Shown here: in pieces, positions 37,252 to 47,439 of the stretch
Position numbering within the stretch: the first letter of the stretch is position 1
Layout of the letters: each line of letters begins with the position of its first letter
Assembly: GCA_903911225.1 (NCBI GenBank)
Contig: CAIWCT010000309.1
Location: forward strand, 145-64,144
DNA: 64,000 nt
From: an uncultured delta proteobacterium
Lineage (GTDB): Bacteria > Desulfobacterota > WTBG01 > CAIYCZ01 > CAIRTM01
Direction of reading: 5' to 3'
Notes under the pieces: generated by a model
Told to the model about the DNA's origin: nothing
The model's input: the letters and a program-made list of their open reading frames with translations, nothing else
Databases searched by the model: none
Program-made: the position numbers and the translations under genes

Positions 37252-38730
37252 CTACCGTTTTCTTGCAAGCCGGAACAGTGGCTGAAACGCCATGATATTG
37301 CCAGCCATAAGTACCAGGAAAGCTCCATCGACGGGAAAGCGAAAACGGTTGTTTTCACCAAACTCGATAATTGATGAAACAGCAATCGCAAACAGGTGAA
37401 TAAACATGCAAAAAAGGCATACTGCGGCTATTGTAATCTCATGGACTGTCCGTGCGCGGAAAGCCTGCATTAAAGTGCCAGCATAAAAAAATAAAAAAAG
37501 CACGCTGATACAAAACGTACGCAACAACATACGCGGGTCGGAATATTTGCTCTGCACATTTAAAAATCCGAAATAAACATATCTATACATTTTCTCAAGG
37601 TTGGCCAGTATTTCCATATTGTCCTTAAAAAGTGCATGCACAGAGTCCGATGCATACCACAAAGTCAGGCTGTATGAGCCAAGCGTCTGCAATGCGAAGC
37701 GGGTAGGATCATCCCTGATGATAGCAAGGGAATCCTTCCAGAGCTGCCGCGAAAGTTCAATATAACCGATATGATTAAAATTAGGCTTCCCCGTTGATTT
37801 AATCGGGGTACAGTCTGCAGGATGATGGCATGCAAGAGCCAAAAGCTTACCTCCTTCCGGGTATTGATCAAGTGGCCTGAATGGCTCGAGTTCCGCCTGC
37901 AAAGCAAGATTGCTTATGATACCTCGCCGGTGGAACTGTTCAAGCTCATCAGGGCCGTAGCCGCATGTTTTAGTCCACAAACTCATGCCATCCCATGATG
38001 AAATTCCAAAAAAACCAAAAACAGAATAATTTTTAGCGCATAATAAACCCAGCGGCGCAATGGCCAACAGCGAAGAGATACAAAAAATCAAAGCACTTTT
38101 GCGTTGGCCGCATTTAATAAAAAAATAATAAGTAAGAAGACCTGACAATCCTATTAGAAAAAAAGGGTGAAAAAGTGACCGGATACAACCAAGGCTGCCA
38201 AGCATTATCCAGAATACTACTGCCCATCGATAGTGAAATCCATTGCACCATTGCATCAGACTAAAAGCTGCAATAAGAATCAGCGAACCCTCGATGCAGG
38301 TATAATAAAGCAAATTCTCGTAAAGCAACACCGTCGGGTTGAGCATGAACACCATGGTAATAATAAAAGCCATGACCGGCGAAAGCCGCATTGCTTTAAG
38401 AATTCCATAGAGGGCAAGGGATTCCAAAAGACCCATTGTCTGAAACAACAGTGCAGAGCTCACTGACGGGTCTGCAGACAGCTTTAAAACAATACCCAAT
38501 AATAAATTGAAAAGCGGAGGCTGAGTGTGCAGATAAAAAAGGCTCTGGAGCAGGTCGTTCTGCAGCAGTTGTGGGTCTAAATACTGCATGGCAAAACTGA
38601 TAGTCTTTGAAACAAACCGTACCCCGAGCAGATAAAACAATAACCGTGTTGCAATAAAAGCAGCAGCGGTTACAAGCCCGTAGGTAAAATATGAATCCAG
38701 TGATTGTGCGTGAGCATCAATTTTTTTCAT
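37252..38730 (-). CDS. Polytopic membrane protein, possible GT-C-fold glycosyltransferase
   Basis: At least 10 predicted TM helices. The first loop, YLDPQLLQNDLLQSLFYLHTQPPLFN, resembles PMT_2/ArnT-like first loops, but no clear DE motif is present. Confidence 0.4.
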   Translation of the reverse strand: MKKIDAHAQSLDSYFTYGLVTAAAFIATRLLFYLLGVRFVSKTISFAMQYLDPQLLQNDLLQSLFYLHTQPPLFNLLLGIVLKLSADPSVSSALLFQTMGLLESLALYGILKAMRLSPVMAFIITMVFMLNPTVLLYENLLYYTCIEGSLILIAAFSLMQWCNGFHYRWAVVFWIMLGSLGCIRSLFHPFFLIGLSGLLTYYFFIKCGQRKSALIFCISSLLAIAPLGLLCAKNYSVFGFFGISSWDGMSLWTKTCGYGPDELEQFHRRGIISNLALQAELEPFRPLDQYPEGGKLLALACHHPADCTPIKSTGKPNFNHIGYIELSRQLWKDSLAIIRDDPTRFALQTLGSYSLTLWYASDSVHALFKDNMEILANLEKMYRYVYFGFLNVQSKYSDPRMLLRTFCISVLFLFFYAGTLMQAFRARTVHEITIAAVCLFCMFIHLFAIAVSSIIEFGENNRFRFPVDGAFLVLMAGNIMAFQPLFRLARKR

Positions 38731-38936
38731 AGTTCGCTCAACTATACCACAGCTTCATCTGCACCGCTATATCCATTAGGCTGACAGACGAATAGCATGT
38801 TCCTGAAGCATGCTTTGCAGTTACTTTTTTGTTTAACCAAACAGCCAAATATGATATATTTCTAAGATATAAAAAACAGAGAACAACACTAGATATTTCA
38901 GGTATAATCACCACAGCCGCAAGCGAGGAATGAAAG

Positions 38937-39629
38937 ATGGATATTGAAATCCCCAGTAAATACATTGAACAGGCAGTAGCAAAATACGAATCTGACGCGC
39001 AGCAGCAAAAAGTTAAACTCGTTCCCAAAGGGCCTAAAAAGCTTATAACCGTCTCGCGGCAAGTAGGCGCTGGCGGACGCATGATAGCAGACAAAATTGG
39101 AGAAAAACTCGGCTGCATGGTATGGGGCCGGGAAATCCTTGACGTCCTGGCAGGTCAGTCAGGCGGCAACTTTCAGGCGCGCATGTTTAAAGCCCTTGAT
39201 GAAAGAACACAAGGCGTCATCGATTCGATTATCGGAGACTTTTTTGGCCAGATTCAAACGCAGACATATCATCACCTTCTGCCCAAGGCCATACTCACTA
39301 TAGCCCAGAATGATGCAGTTTTTGTAGGCAGAGGCGTCAACCTGCTGCTTCCCGAGGCGTTTCGTGTTAGCATCAAAGCCTCAACGGAAACCCGCATAAA
39401 AAATTTAATGACTTACGATGGGATGGACAAAAGGAGTGCTGAAGAGAAAATCAAGGATGCAGATCGTCAAAGCGACGGTTTCATGAAGGAACTGGCCCGC
39501 AGGATCAATGTTAAATACTATGAGGACGAATTTGATCTTGGCATTTGCATGGACCGCATCGGTATTGACCAGGCTGCTTCAATAATCCTGCATGCTTTTC
39601 AGCTGTTCCAAAAAAGCCATATAAAGTAA
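38937..39629 (+). CDS. Cytidylate kinase-like family P-loop protein
   Basis: ITVSRQVGAGGRMIADKIGEKLG resembles the degenerate P-loop of the 'cytidylate kinase-like family'. Confidence 0.6.
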   Translation: MDIEIPSKYIEQAVAKYESDAQQQKVKLVPKGPKKLITVSRQVGAGGRMIADKIGEKLGCMVWGREILDVLAGQSGGNFQARMFKALDERTQGVIDSIIGDFFGQIQTQTYHHLLPKAILTIAQNDAVFVGRGVNLLLPEAFRVSIKASTETRIKNLMTYDGMDKRSAEEKIKDADRQSDGFMKELARRINVKYYEDEFDLGICMDRIGIDQAASIILHAFQLFQKSHIK

Positions 39630-39636
39630 TATCGCT

Positions 39637-39668
39637 AAAAGCCGGGCTTTAGGCCCGGCTTTTTGTTT
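39637..39668. terminator. Bidirectional rho-independent terminator between convergent genes
   Basis: AAAGCCGGGC-tttag-GCCCGGCTTT followed by TTTgTTT, with an A-run on the other side. Confidence 0.75.
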
Positions 39669-39687
39669 CTCCACACTGCAGCTTCTT

Positions 39688-41469
39688 TTATTTATCAACC
39701 TTGTAAAGTGCGTATCTGTAATTTTTTTCGTGATACTCTACAACCTGCGTGCACTTAAAGGTTGTAAGAATATTCTGGCAAAATGATTTTTGCAGAGGAT
39801 CATCCACATTGCACCAAAAATTAAAATGGAAATAAACCCCGTCTTTGTACCTGTTGAATAAATCATTAAAATAGGCTTTCTGCTCGGTTGCAAGAGATGC
39901 CTGAGCCGCATTTCTGCCCCAGGCAAGAAACATGTTGGGATTATGGGTCAGAACAACGGAATCCTCAGGTATAAATTTGAGCATTTTCTGCGCATAGCGA
40001 TGGTCGGCGCGGGCCGCCCAGGCCTCCTGGGTAATGGCGCGAATATAGGGCATAAATGTCAGAAAGTTAAAAATGATGACGGCTGCCGGTACATACACAA
40101 AACCAGGGCCGAATCGCTTTGCTATCCAGGCGGTCAGGCAGGCGGCTCCATTGCCGGCAAGTACAGCAATAGGGGCTGCTGATAAAAGTGAAAAGCGTAC
40201 ATCAGCACCATAGCTATAACTGCCTGCGTAAAAGAATAGAAAAATACCCCAAAACAGAAGGAACCAGAGTATAATCGGCGCTTTCTCCTTCCACTGGCGC
40301 GTTCCTGCCACAGGCGACTTCATGGCTATACCTAAAAAAAACAGCACCGAAAAAATAATGGGGAAACGCATGTTCATGAAATAAAAAAGCGTATTGACCA
40401 GAAAATTGCTCTTCAAGAAATATATCCATGAAAACTTGGGTCCGCTGCCGCCCCAATCAAAATCTTTAACTGAATACAAATGTGTAAAATGCGGAATAAG
40501 AAGGCCGAAAAACAGGGCCGCGGCAAGCCAGAATCTGTCGCTTTTTAGCTCTTCCGGTCGCAGACACAAAATAAGCACACCCGCCACAGCACAAATCATA
40601 GCGGATTCCGGCCTGAACTGTACGGCAAAGGCAAGAATTGCAATGAACAGGAATAGCGAAGCCGTCGTCCGGGCCCGCAGGTAAAAAATCGCTGAAAGCA
40701 CGGCAAAGGCAGCCATGCACGCTGCGCTGGGCTCCACCGCAACAGTATTGCACCATATGAGCACCTGCGGCGTTAGCATAAAAATAAGCGCTGAAAAAAG
40801 AGCTGAAAGCACATCATAAAAAAGCAGCCAGGCGATAAAAAATACAGCCAGTATGGCCAATACAAACAATGCATTGGTTGTATAAAAAGAAACAGGTTCG
40901 CTGACACCAAAAATACGGTAGACAAGGCTCAGTACATATGGCCAGCCATTGGGTTCCTTGTTATATTCAAGGCGAAAGCAGTTGTAATCGCCATATTCAT
41001 TCCTCCCGTCATTGCACATGCCGGTAAGCCCTGTGATGCGTTTTGCGGCAGAACTGAGGGCATTGGAAAATGTAGTTTCATAATGGGAATCGGAACCTTT
41101 GGTCATGGCTATGTTCTGGCCGATATTGATGTAAATATCTTCATCATAATAAATTCTGTGCTCGCGGGGGGCAACAAACACCACCAGTACGAAACCTGCG
41201 GCAAGAATGCACCCAAGGCAGATCCAAACCTTTTTATCAAAACTTCCAAAAAATTTCTTCAGGGTACCGTCTTTTAACGTACCGGCAATAACCATACATG
41301 CCGTTGTCATGATCAGAAAAAAAGTAATTTCAAGAAAAAGGGGCGAGACCAGCTTCAGCTGCTCGCGCAGATTCCAGGCCGTATTGGAAGAACACCATGC
41401 ATACAGCACAATGCATTCCGCAAGAAACAGCAAGGCGCTAACAATAAACAAAAAATTTTTCTTGAGCAT
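39688..41469 (-). CDS. GT-C-fold glycosyltransferase (ArnT/PMT, GT39/GT83-like)
   Basis: 593 aa with about 13 TM helices. The first periplasmic loop carries RIYYDEDIYINIGQNIA (the DE motif). A GGAGGA RBS is present. Confidence 0.6.
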   Translation of the reverse strand: MLKKNFLFIVSALLFLAECIVLYAWCSSNTAWNLREQLKLVSPLFLEITFFLIMTTACMVIAGTLKDGTLKKFFGSFDKKVWICLGCILAAGFVLVVFVAPREHRIYYDEDIYINIGQNIAMTKGSDSHYETTFSNALSSAAKRITGLTGMCNDGRNEYGDYNCFRLEYNKEPNGWPYVLSLVYRIFGVSEPVSFYTTNALFVLAILAVFFIAWLLFYDVLSALFSALIFMLTPQVLIWCNTVAVEPSAACMAAFAVLSAIFYLRARTTASLFLFIAILAFAVQFRPESAMICAVAGVLILCLRPEELKSDRFWLAAALFFGLLIPHFTHLYSVKDFDWGGSGPKFSWIYFLKSNFLVNTLFYFMNMRFPIIFSVLFFLGIAMKSPVAGTRQWKEKAPIILWFLLFWGIFLFFYAGSYSYGADVRFSLLSAAPIAVLAGNGAACLTAWIAKRFGPGFVYVPAAVIIFNFLTFMPYIRAITQEAWAARADHRYAQKMLKFIPEDSVVLTHNPNMFLAWGRNAAQASLATEQKAYFNDLFNRYKDGVYFHFNFWCNVDDPLQKSFCQNILTTFKCTQVVEYHEKNYRYALYKVDK

Positions 41470-41582
41470 TTTTCAGCATCCTCCACAAAACAAAAATTAC
41501 CTTTGGAGTATCTTTTTATTTTTTTAAATCCATAAGAAAATTATTGATGCGCCGCAATTAGAAATCTGAAATCATCAATTCC

Positions 41583-43289
41583 TCAACTTCTTTTAACCAG
41601 ATATTTGCCCATGACCAGATAGTCATTGTTGGTCTTTTTGAGCGTGTCGAGTGCATCCTGGGGCGAACACACCAGAGGATCACCATGCACATTAAAGCTC
41701 GTATTGAGCACGACACCCATACCGGTTAGCTTTTTCAGCTCCTGTAAAAGCTGCTGAAACAGGGGTTCGTTATCGGTCACGAACTGTGGCCTGCAGCTGC
41801 CGTCGATGCTGATAACACCTTCCATATCACGGCGGCGGTTTTCCTTTACCATATAGCCCATGGTCATAAAACGGTTGATAAGGCCGTCATTATTCTCCAG
41901 CAGCCCGGTGGCTTCATCGGCCAGCATTGACGGACAAAACGGCTGATACCACACCCGCATCTTGAGCCGCAGGTTCAAAAGATCCTTGATTCGTGTTGAA
42001 TTCGGCAGCGCCAGTATGCTGCGACGCCCCAGCGAACGAGGTCCGTATTCCATCCCGCCCTGCAGCCAGAATACAATATTGCCATCGGCAATAAGCTGCG
42101 CGGTTGTTTGCGCGATGGTATCATGCGTGGTCCAGCTGTACCCGCTCTTCTTTATTGCTGCTAGTATTTCATCATCGGTGTAGGAAAGCCCCCAGTACAC
42201 GTCAGGGGCATTATAAACGCCAACGCCGTTGAGCTCATTGTTAACCTGAAATGCCGCCCCAAGAGCAAGCCCACCGTCACCCATATGCGGAAATACACTG
42301 CAGACATCAACCTCCGGGAGCATACGTATCTGCATATTTAGCTTTATGTTTGAAAAAACACCACCGGCAAGTGCAAGACGACGCAGGCCTGTCTGTCGCA
42401 GACAATTGCCTGCGAGCTGACTCACCTTCAGTTCAAGGGTGCGCTGAGCCATATAGGCGAACTGCTCAGATGGATACTTCCATAAAAGCTTTTTTAGCTC
42501 CCTGTACATGCGCAGAGACCCATACCGGCTGCGTACCTGCATTCCTTCAACCGTGATTAAATCAAGCATGGGATTTTCAGGATCCGGAATCGGATAGGCA
42601 TAGTTTGCAATTGCCATGACTTTGCCTTCATCCTCAAGCTCACGCATATTCATGAGATTGGTTACATGCTCAAAAAAAATCCCCAGGGAATCCCTGCCCG
42701 ATATATTTGCCAAACGGGTAAGCCTGCCGTTATCAAGCCTGCTTACCGAGCCCGACAGACCGTCGCCGATACCGTCGACAGTCAAAACAAGGCACGAATC
42801 AAAACCGCTCCAGTAAGCAGCCGTTGCGGCATGACAAAGATGATGATCGACAAGTTGAATTGCATGATTGCAAAAACCAAGCCGCACAAGCTCGGCATTA
42901 ACACAATAGGTGCTCACAAAACGGCTCAATGCGCTCGGCCCGATTTCCGTAATTCGGTATTTTGCCTGCTTCTTGATTGTGGAAAGGAGCCCTGGTGCTT
43001 TTTTTCGTCTCCGTATAAGGTAATACGCCTCCTTGGTGGATGGCGCAACGCGCCCAAGGGTTTTGGCAAAATCAGCAGTAGAGACAGCGATGGTTTTAAC
43101 ATCACCGGGCTCTATGCCTGCCATTTGCAGGCAGGTTTTAATTGAGAGTTCCGGAAACCGTATTTCAAGTTTGCGCCGGGTCAGGCGCTCTTCATTGATC
43201 GCGGCAAGCACCTTGTCATCTTTAATCAGCGCAGCGCCTGAATCATGCCCGTCCCATACACCAAGAATATAATCAGCCATCAATAGCAC
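41583..43289 (-). CDS. Carbamoyltransferase (NodU/CmcH/TobZ family)
   Basis: ILGVWDGHDSGAALIKDDKVLAAINEERLTRRK N-terminus, HHLCHAA, and a YrdC/Kae1-like C-terminal half (LNTSFNVHGDPLV). Confidence 0.85.
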   Translation of the reverse strand: MLLMADYILGVWDGHDSGAALIKDDKVLAAINEERLTRRKLEIRFPELSIKTCLQMAGIEPGDVKTIAVSTADFAKTLGRVAPSTKEAYYLIRRRKKAPGLLSTIKKQAKYRITEIGPSALSRFVSTYCVNAELVRLGFCNHAIQLVDHHLCHAATAAYWSGFDSCLVLTVDGIGDGLSGSVSRLDNGRLTRLANISGRDSLGIFFEHVTNLMNMRELEDEGKVMAIANYAYPIPDPENPMLDLITVEGMQVRSRYGSLRMYRELKKLLWKYPSEQFAYMAQRTLELKVSQLAGNCLRQTGLRRLALAGGVFSNIKLNMQIRMLPEVDVCSVFPHMGDGGLALGAAFQVNNELNGVGVYNAPDVYWGLSYTDDEILAAIKKSGYSWTTHDTIAQTTAQLIADGNIVFWLQGGMEYGPRSLGRRSILALPNSTRIKDLLNLRLKMRVWYQPFCPSMLADEATGLLENNDGLINRFMTMGYMVKENRRRDMEGVISIDGSCRPQFVTDNEPLFQQLLQELKKLTGMGVVLNTSFNVHGDPLVCSPQDALDTLKKTNNDYLVMGKYLVKRS

Positions 43290-43304
43290 TCCATTTTTAC
43301 TGCT

Positions 43305-43946
43305 TTATTGTTTTCCATAATTTTTAAATTTTTCAATAATTATTGCCATCTCTGCGTCGCACAACACGAGAGGCTGTCCCATAGCCCTGGCGCGGCAGTA
43401 AATTTCAGCACAAAATTCAACCGATTCCGCAATCATAAACGCTTCTTTCATATCGGCACCGCCGGCAATAAGACCATGATTGGCAAGAAGAACGGCTTTG
43501 CGACCAGCCATGGCGTCAAGGGCATTGCGGGCCAACTCTTCAGTGCCGAAAGTTGCATACTTCGCACAGCGCACATTGCTGCCGGCAAAACCAATAAGAT
43601 AATGCACCGCAGGCAGTTCAAGGCCGAGACAGGCAAGAGTCGTGGCATGAACAGAATGGCTATGCACTACGGCACTGATGTCCTCGCGGCTGTTATAAAA
43701 AACCAGGTGAAATGGAAGCTCACTCGACGGCTTTCGGTTGCCCTCCACAACACGGCCCAAAAGATCAACAACAGGAACATCTTCAGGGCGAGTCTCAAAA
43801 TAGTCAAGCCCGCTTGGGCTGACTGCGGCAAACTCGCTACGACGGTTAAAAATGCTTAAATTACCACAAGTGCCCCGGGTAAGTCCGTGGTTGACGAGCC
43901 TCTTGCCATACTCTACAACCATCTGTCTTTCCTGCTCCAAAAGCAT
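43305..43946 (-). CDS. Class II aldolase/adducin-family protein (fuculose-1-P aldolase / ribulose-5-P 4-epimerase-like)
   Basis: GNLS and VVHSHSVHATTLA (metal His cluster), with a 213-aa size. A 15-nt gap separates it from the carbamoyltransferase. Confidence 0.8.
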   Translation of the reverse strand: MLLEQERQMVVEYGKRLVNHGLTRGTCGNLSIFNRRSEFAAVSPSGLDYFETRPEDVPVVDLLGRVVEGNRKPSSELPFHLVFYNSREDISAVVHSHSVHATTLACLGLELPAVHYLIGFAGSNVRCAKYATFGTEELARNALDAMAGRKAVLLANHGLIAGGADMKEAFMIAESVEFCAEIYCRARAMGQPLVLCDAEMAIIIEKFKNYGKQ

Positions 43947-44015
43947 ATAAGCTCCTATAGTGCCAAAGGCAGGGGGCGCCTCATTAATCTATTCCTGATT
44001 AAAAGTAGTTTTAAG

Positions 44016-44044
44016 TTTATAAAATAAGACGGGGTAGGTGTCAA
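44016..44044 (-). promoter_or_regulatory. Near-consensus sigma70 promoter for the aldolase-carbamoyltransferase-GT-C operon
   Basis: On the minus strand: TTGACA (44044..44039), a 17-nt spacer, then TATAAA (44021..44016). AGGAG RBS before the ATG at 43946. Confidence 0.55.
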
Positions 44045-44066
44045 TTTGATAATTGCCGGCATATAT

Positions 44067-44100
44067 AAAAAAAGGCGTCAGATCAAGCAGATATGACGCC
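44067..44100 (-). terminator. Rho-independent terminator after the flavoprotein gene
   Basis: On the minus strand: GGCGTCA-13 nt loop-TGACGCC followed by T7. Confidence 0.65.
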
Positions 44101-44131
44101 TTCACATACAGGCCTAAAGTTCATGTCTTAT

Positions 44132-44710
44132 TTATTTATCATTAAGTTTCTGCAGCAGCCAGGCCATATTGCGGCCCAGAGTTTTAAAGGTGGTTATTCC
44201 CTCTTCATCATTTTGTACTTCACCCGGGATGCGGCCGATGCCTACATTCCAGTAGTCTGAACCGGGGATTATCATCTGCTGAATAAGAAAGAAAAAATTA
44301 ATGGCTGCAAAGGCAAATGTAGCCCCTGCCCTGCGCATAACGACTACGGGTGCGCCAACCTTTTTCTGCAGCATGTTGCCGTTGGCACGTGCTACAAGTC
44401 CTGCCCGGTCAATAAAAGCTTTCACATCGGCGGTCACATTGCTGAAATAGACCGGTGAGCCGATGATGATGCCGTCGGCATCACGCATTTTTTCCATATA
44501 CTCGTTCAGTGGGTCACTCGTGATAGCGCACTTACCGTCTTTACGCTCCATGCACTTATAGCAGGCTATACAGCCCCTAAGTCCCTGCGCTGCAATGTTT
44601 ACGAGTTCGGTTTCAATGCCTGCCGCCCGTAATTCCGCAAGCACAACCTCGAGCGACTGCGCAGTATTACCATCTTTGCGGGGACTACCGTTAAATGCTA
44701 CTACCTTCAT
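44132..44710 (-). CDS. Iron-sulfur flavoprotein (NADPH-dependent FMN reductase fold)
   Basis: MKVVAFNGSPRKDGNT flavodoxin-like N-terminus plus the compact Cys motif CIACYKCMERKDGKC (CX2CX2CX7C). Confidence 0.75.
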   Translation of the reverse strand: MKVVAFNGSPRKDGNTAQSLEVVLAELRAAGIETELVNIAAQGLRGCIACYKCMERKDGKCAITSDPLNEYMEKMRDADGIIIGSPVYFSNVTADVKAFIDRAGLVARANGNMLQKKVGAPVVVMRRAGATFAFAAINFFFLIQQMIIPGSDYWNVGIGRIPGEVQNDEEGITTFKTLGRNMAWLLQKLNDK

Positions 44711-44834
44711 GGTTCCTCCCTGTTTCGATACATAATTGGTATTGATAATTCATTGATTGCATACTATAGCGTATGAACAAAAATTATTTATTATATGGTT
44801 CCTTTTCTCTATTAAGCCGGACATGCTACGGAGC

Positions 44835-46508
44835 TTAATGTATTATCAACTGATCTGCTGAAGGAACAGCAATACCCGTCAACACACCCACAGGCGCACT
44901 AAACCCTGTAGCAGTAATCGGAATGACCAGTAGCGCAGCATTGGTGGAATCGCAAACGACAACATACCTGCCATCGAGAGTCACGCCGAGTGTCTTCACC
45001 TCTTCCAATTTGGCGGAGCTGCTGCTCGCTGTATCCGTATAGGTGGGCGCATAAATCGACCCTACCATCGCAAGGGTACCCGTTTTGACTCCGGAAAGCA
45101 TTATAATTCCAGAGTCTGTGCCTACAATAGCTGTTGTGCCATCGGGAGTAATCGCAACCGAGTAGACATAATTCGCACCGGTTAGGGTGACGGGTGTGCC
45201 AGCACTCGGGCTGTTTGGAAGACCGGTTACCAACAGGGCTGAGTTAGCCTTAATGGAGGGATTTATGAGTACGGCACGGCTGGAATCAATGGGGCTTAAA
45301 GCCATGCCATTGCGTCCGTCCTCCATAGAGCCGCTGGTGCCGAGCGACGTTAAATCGTTGATTTTAGTGAACAGGTAGACAACAGTGACTGAGGGGGGAG
45401 TGATCACCGAAGCAATGGAGAATACGGTTAATCCGCTGAAGCCGCGCGCAAGAAGAACCTTGCCGTCGTTGGAGATGACAACGCCGTCTCTTTGGTCAGG
45501 AACATCGATAAGCTTCGTCGGCTGCGGGTTGCCTGATAAAATGCCTGAAACAAGCAGGAGCGTGGTATCAGAATCAAGCGAAACCACAGCTGCATCGCCG
45601 TTGGGCATAATCGCCACTGAATCACCGTCGAGTCCGTAGGTTGAAACATCCAGAAACGGATCGTCTTTTATAGGTGATCCGGTTTGAACCTGAGAGAAGA
45701 AATAAAGAAAATTTCTGTCGACCATAATACCCTGCGAGCCAACGGGCGTGAGCGCCAGGCAGTCGATATCGCTCTGATTGTCGCTATTATAGTTGAGATT
45801 GGAGATTAACGGCGTTGGAAGCGGCTCCTGATTAGCGTCATACAGATGGACAACCTGGATATATCCGGCGCTACCGTTATTCATCCTGCCATTACCGTCG
45901 TCGGAGATAAGAACGATGCCGAGATTGGAGATTGCGGTACTTGTCCCGGGAGCCGGTATATACAGCACATAGGTGCCGGAGCCCAGTATGCCGGGCAGAG
46001 CGACAGAAACGAAATTCTGCGTAAACGCTCCATTGGCGCCGACAAGAAGGGTCAAGACATCTTCCCATGCATTGTTTTTAAGCTTTGCAAGATTCATGGT
46101 TGTTCCGGCGGCAATGCTGGTTGGAACATTTCCTCTCATTATTGCGGTATTGTTGAATACCGTCGTGTTGTCCGGGCTGACGTTGATTGTGAAGGCAGCA
46201 ATAAAGACATTGGCAGGATTATAATTAATCGAATTTAGTCTCAGGTTTTCTACTGCCTGCAGGTTAGCCGTAAAAGGGTTTGTAAGCTCGGTTTCAGATA
46301 CCGCGTTAATTGTAACGTATGCCGGAAAGCTCACTGTGCCCTGAGGAAAATTAAAATCGATGGTAACGCCACCTCCGGCATCCAGGGTTGGTGCATCGGC
46401 TGAAGAGCCGGGGCGAAGCCATATGCCTTTTTTACAGGCAGGCAATACCGTAATGATTGCAAGTAACACCAGAAAACTGACTATCCTGCACCACATCTGT
46501 CTTTTCAT
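44835..46508 (-). CDS. Hypothetical lipoprotein with C-terminal beta-propeller-like repeats
   Basis: Lipobox VLPACKKG. The C-terminal roughly 330 aa hold repeated ...PDG/NDG..A.V...... strand patterns, as in YVTN/lactonase-type propellers. The family is not certain. Confidence 0.45.
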   Translation of the reverse strand: MKRQMWCRIVSFLVLLAIITVLPACKKGIWLRPGSSADAPTLDAGGGVTIDFNFPQGTVSFPAYVTINAVSETELTNPFTANLQAVENLRLNSINYNPANVFIAAFTINVSPDNTTVFNNTAIMRGNVPTSIAAGTTMNLAKLKNNAWEDVLTLLVGANGAFTQNFVSVALPGILGSGTYVLYIPAPGTSTAISNLGIVLISDDGNGRMNNGSAGYIQVVHLYDANQEPLPTPLISNLNYNSDNQSDIDCLALTPVGSQGIMVDRNFLYFFSQVQTGSPIKDDPFLDVSTYGLDGDSVAIMPNGDAAVVSLDSDTTLLLVSGILSGNPQPTKLIDVPDQRDGVVISNDGKVLLARGFSGLTVFSIASVITPPSVTVVYLFTKINDLTSLGTSGSMEDGRNGMALSPIDSSRAVLINPSIKANSALLVTGLPNSPSAGTPVTLTGANYVYSVAITPDGTTAIVGTDSGIIMLSGVKTGTLAMVGSIYAPTYTDTASSSSAKLEEVKTLGVTLDGRYVVVCDSTNAALLVIPITATGFSAPVGVLTGIAVPSADQLIIH

Positions 46509-46799
46509 AATACCATCCCTATAAAAAATTGTTTGGCGTAGTATCAGTGCATGATAGCCCGCTCTAGATGGTGTAAAAGTCCCATATAGAGTTTTTTGGC
46601 GTCAGCCCAGGTAAAAGTTAGTTATTGCTGCGCGTGTATGTCTTGGCCTAACCGAATAGAGTGTCGACCAAAATATAGAGCTCCTTGCCGATGATGGAGC
46701 AAGGGTTTTGCAGCACTTATTTATGAATTCTAAGATCAAAAAAGCCGGAAGAAACGCCCTATGCGCATAAGCGCTAAAAAGCGGCGCAGCAGCAGCCCG

Positions 46800-47195
46800 C
46801 TATACAATCACCACCGAGTTTTCGCAGTCTCCATAAGGGGTTGTCACATATGCGTCAGCCCACCAGTCATTCTCCCAGCGGCTCTCGTCTATCAGGTAGC
46901 GATACTGGTACTGCCGACCAGTCTCAAGCTCAATGGTGATGGTAAAATCTCCACTCTTCTGTAGTTTCATGGGATGAGAAATGATGCTCCAGTTATTGAA
47001 GTCGCCTACAATACAGACAATACCTGCACCGGGAGCTGCAATGCCAGGCAGCATAAAAGTTACCTTGCAGACCGCTTTTGTTTTTAAATATTGTTTTTTA
47101 TAACCAGCTGAAGAAGATGTACGTATCGATGCCTTCTTAACTGCACAAGGTTTACGGGCTGATTTTTTTTCTTTGGAAACAGTTTTTGCCACCAT
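46800..47195 (-). CDS. Small CBM48/E-set (glycogen-binding, AMPK-beta-like) domain protein with Lys-rich N-terminus
   Basis: VCIVGDFNNWS...HPMKLQKSGDFTITIELETGRQYQYRYLID...WENDWWADAY. Confidence 0.7.
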   Translation of the reverse strand: MVAKTVSKEKKSARKPCAVKKASIRTSSSAGYKKQYLKTKAVCKVTFMLPGIAAPGAGIVCIVGDFNNWSIISHPMKLQKSGDFTITIELETGRQYQYRYLIDESRWENDWWADAYVTTPYGDCENSVVIV

Positions 47196-47439
47196 TTTAT
47201 TGCCCTTAAAGGTTAATCACAATGACACTGTTTTTTTATCTTACATAGATAAAAATTTCAATTATTATTAACTCAATAATTTGTTAAAGGCGACAGGATT
47301 CAAGTATAGTTTAATAATTATAATATAGCATATTGTTTTATATGCCGGTACACATAAAACCCTGCGGTAATGATTTCAGCTTGAGTAAAAAACGGAGCCG
47401 CAGTATCATCAGTTTCCAATTTTAAAAATATAGCTGCTG

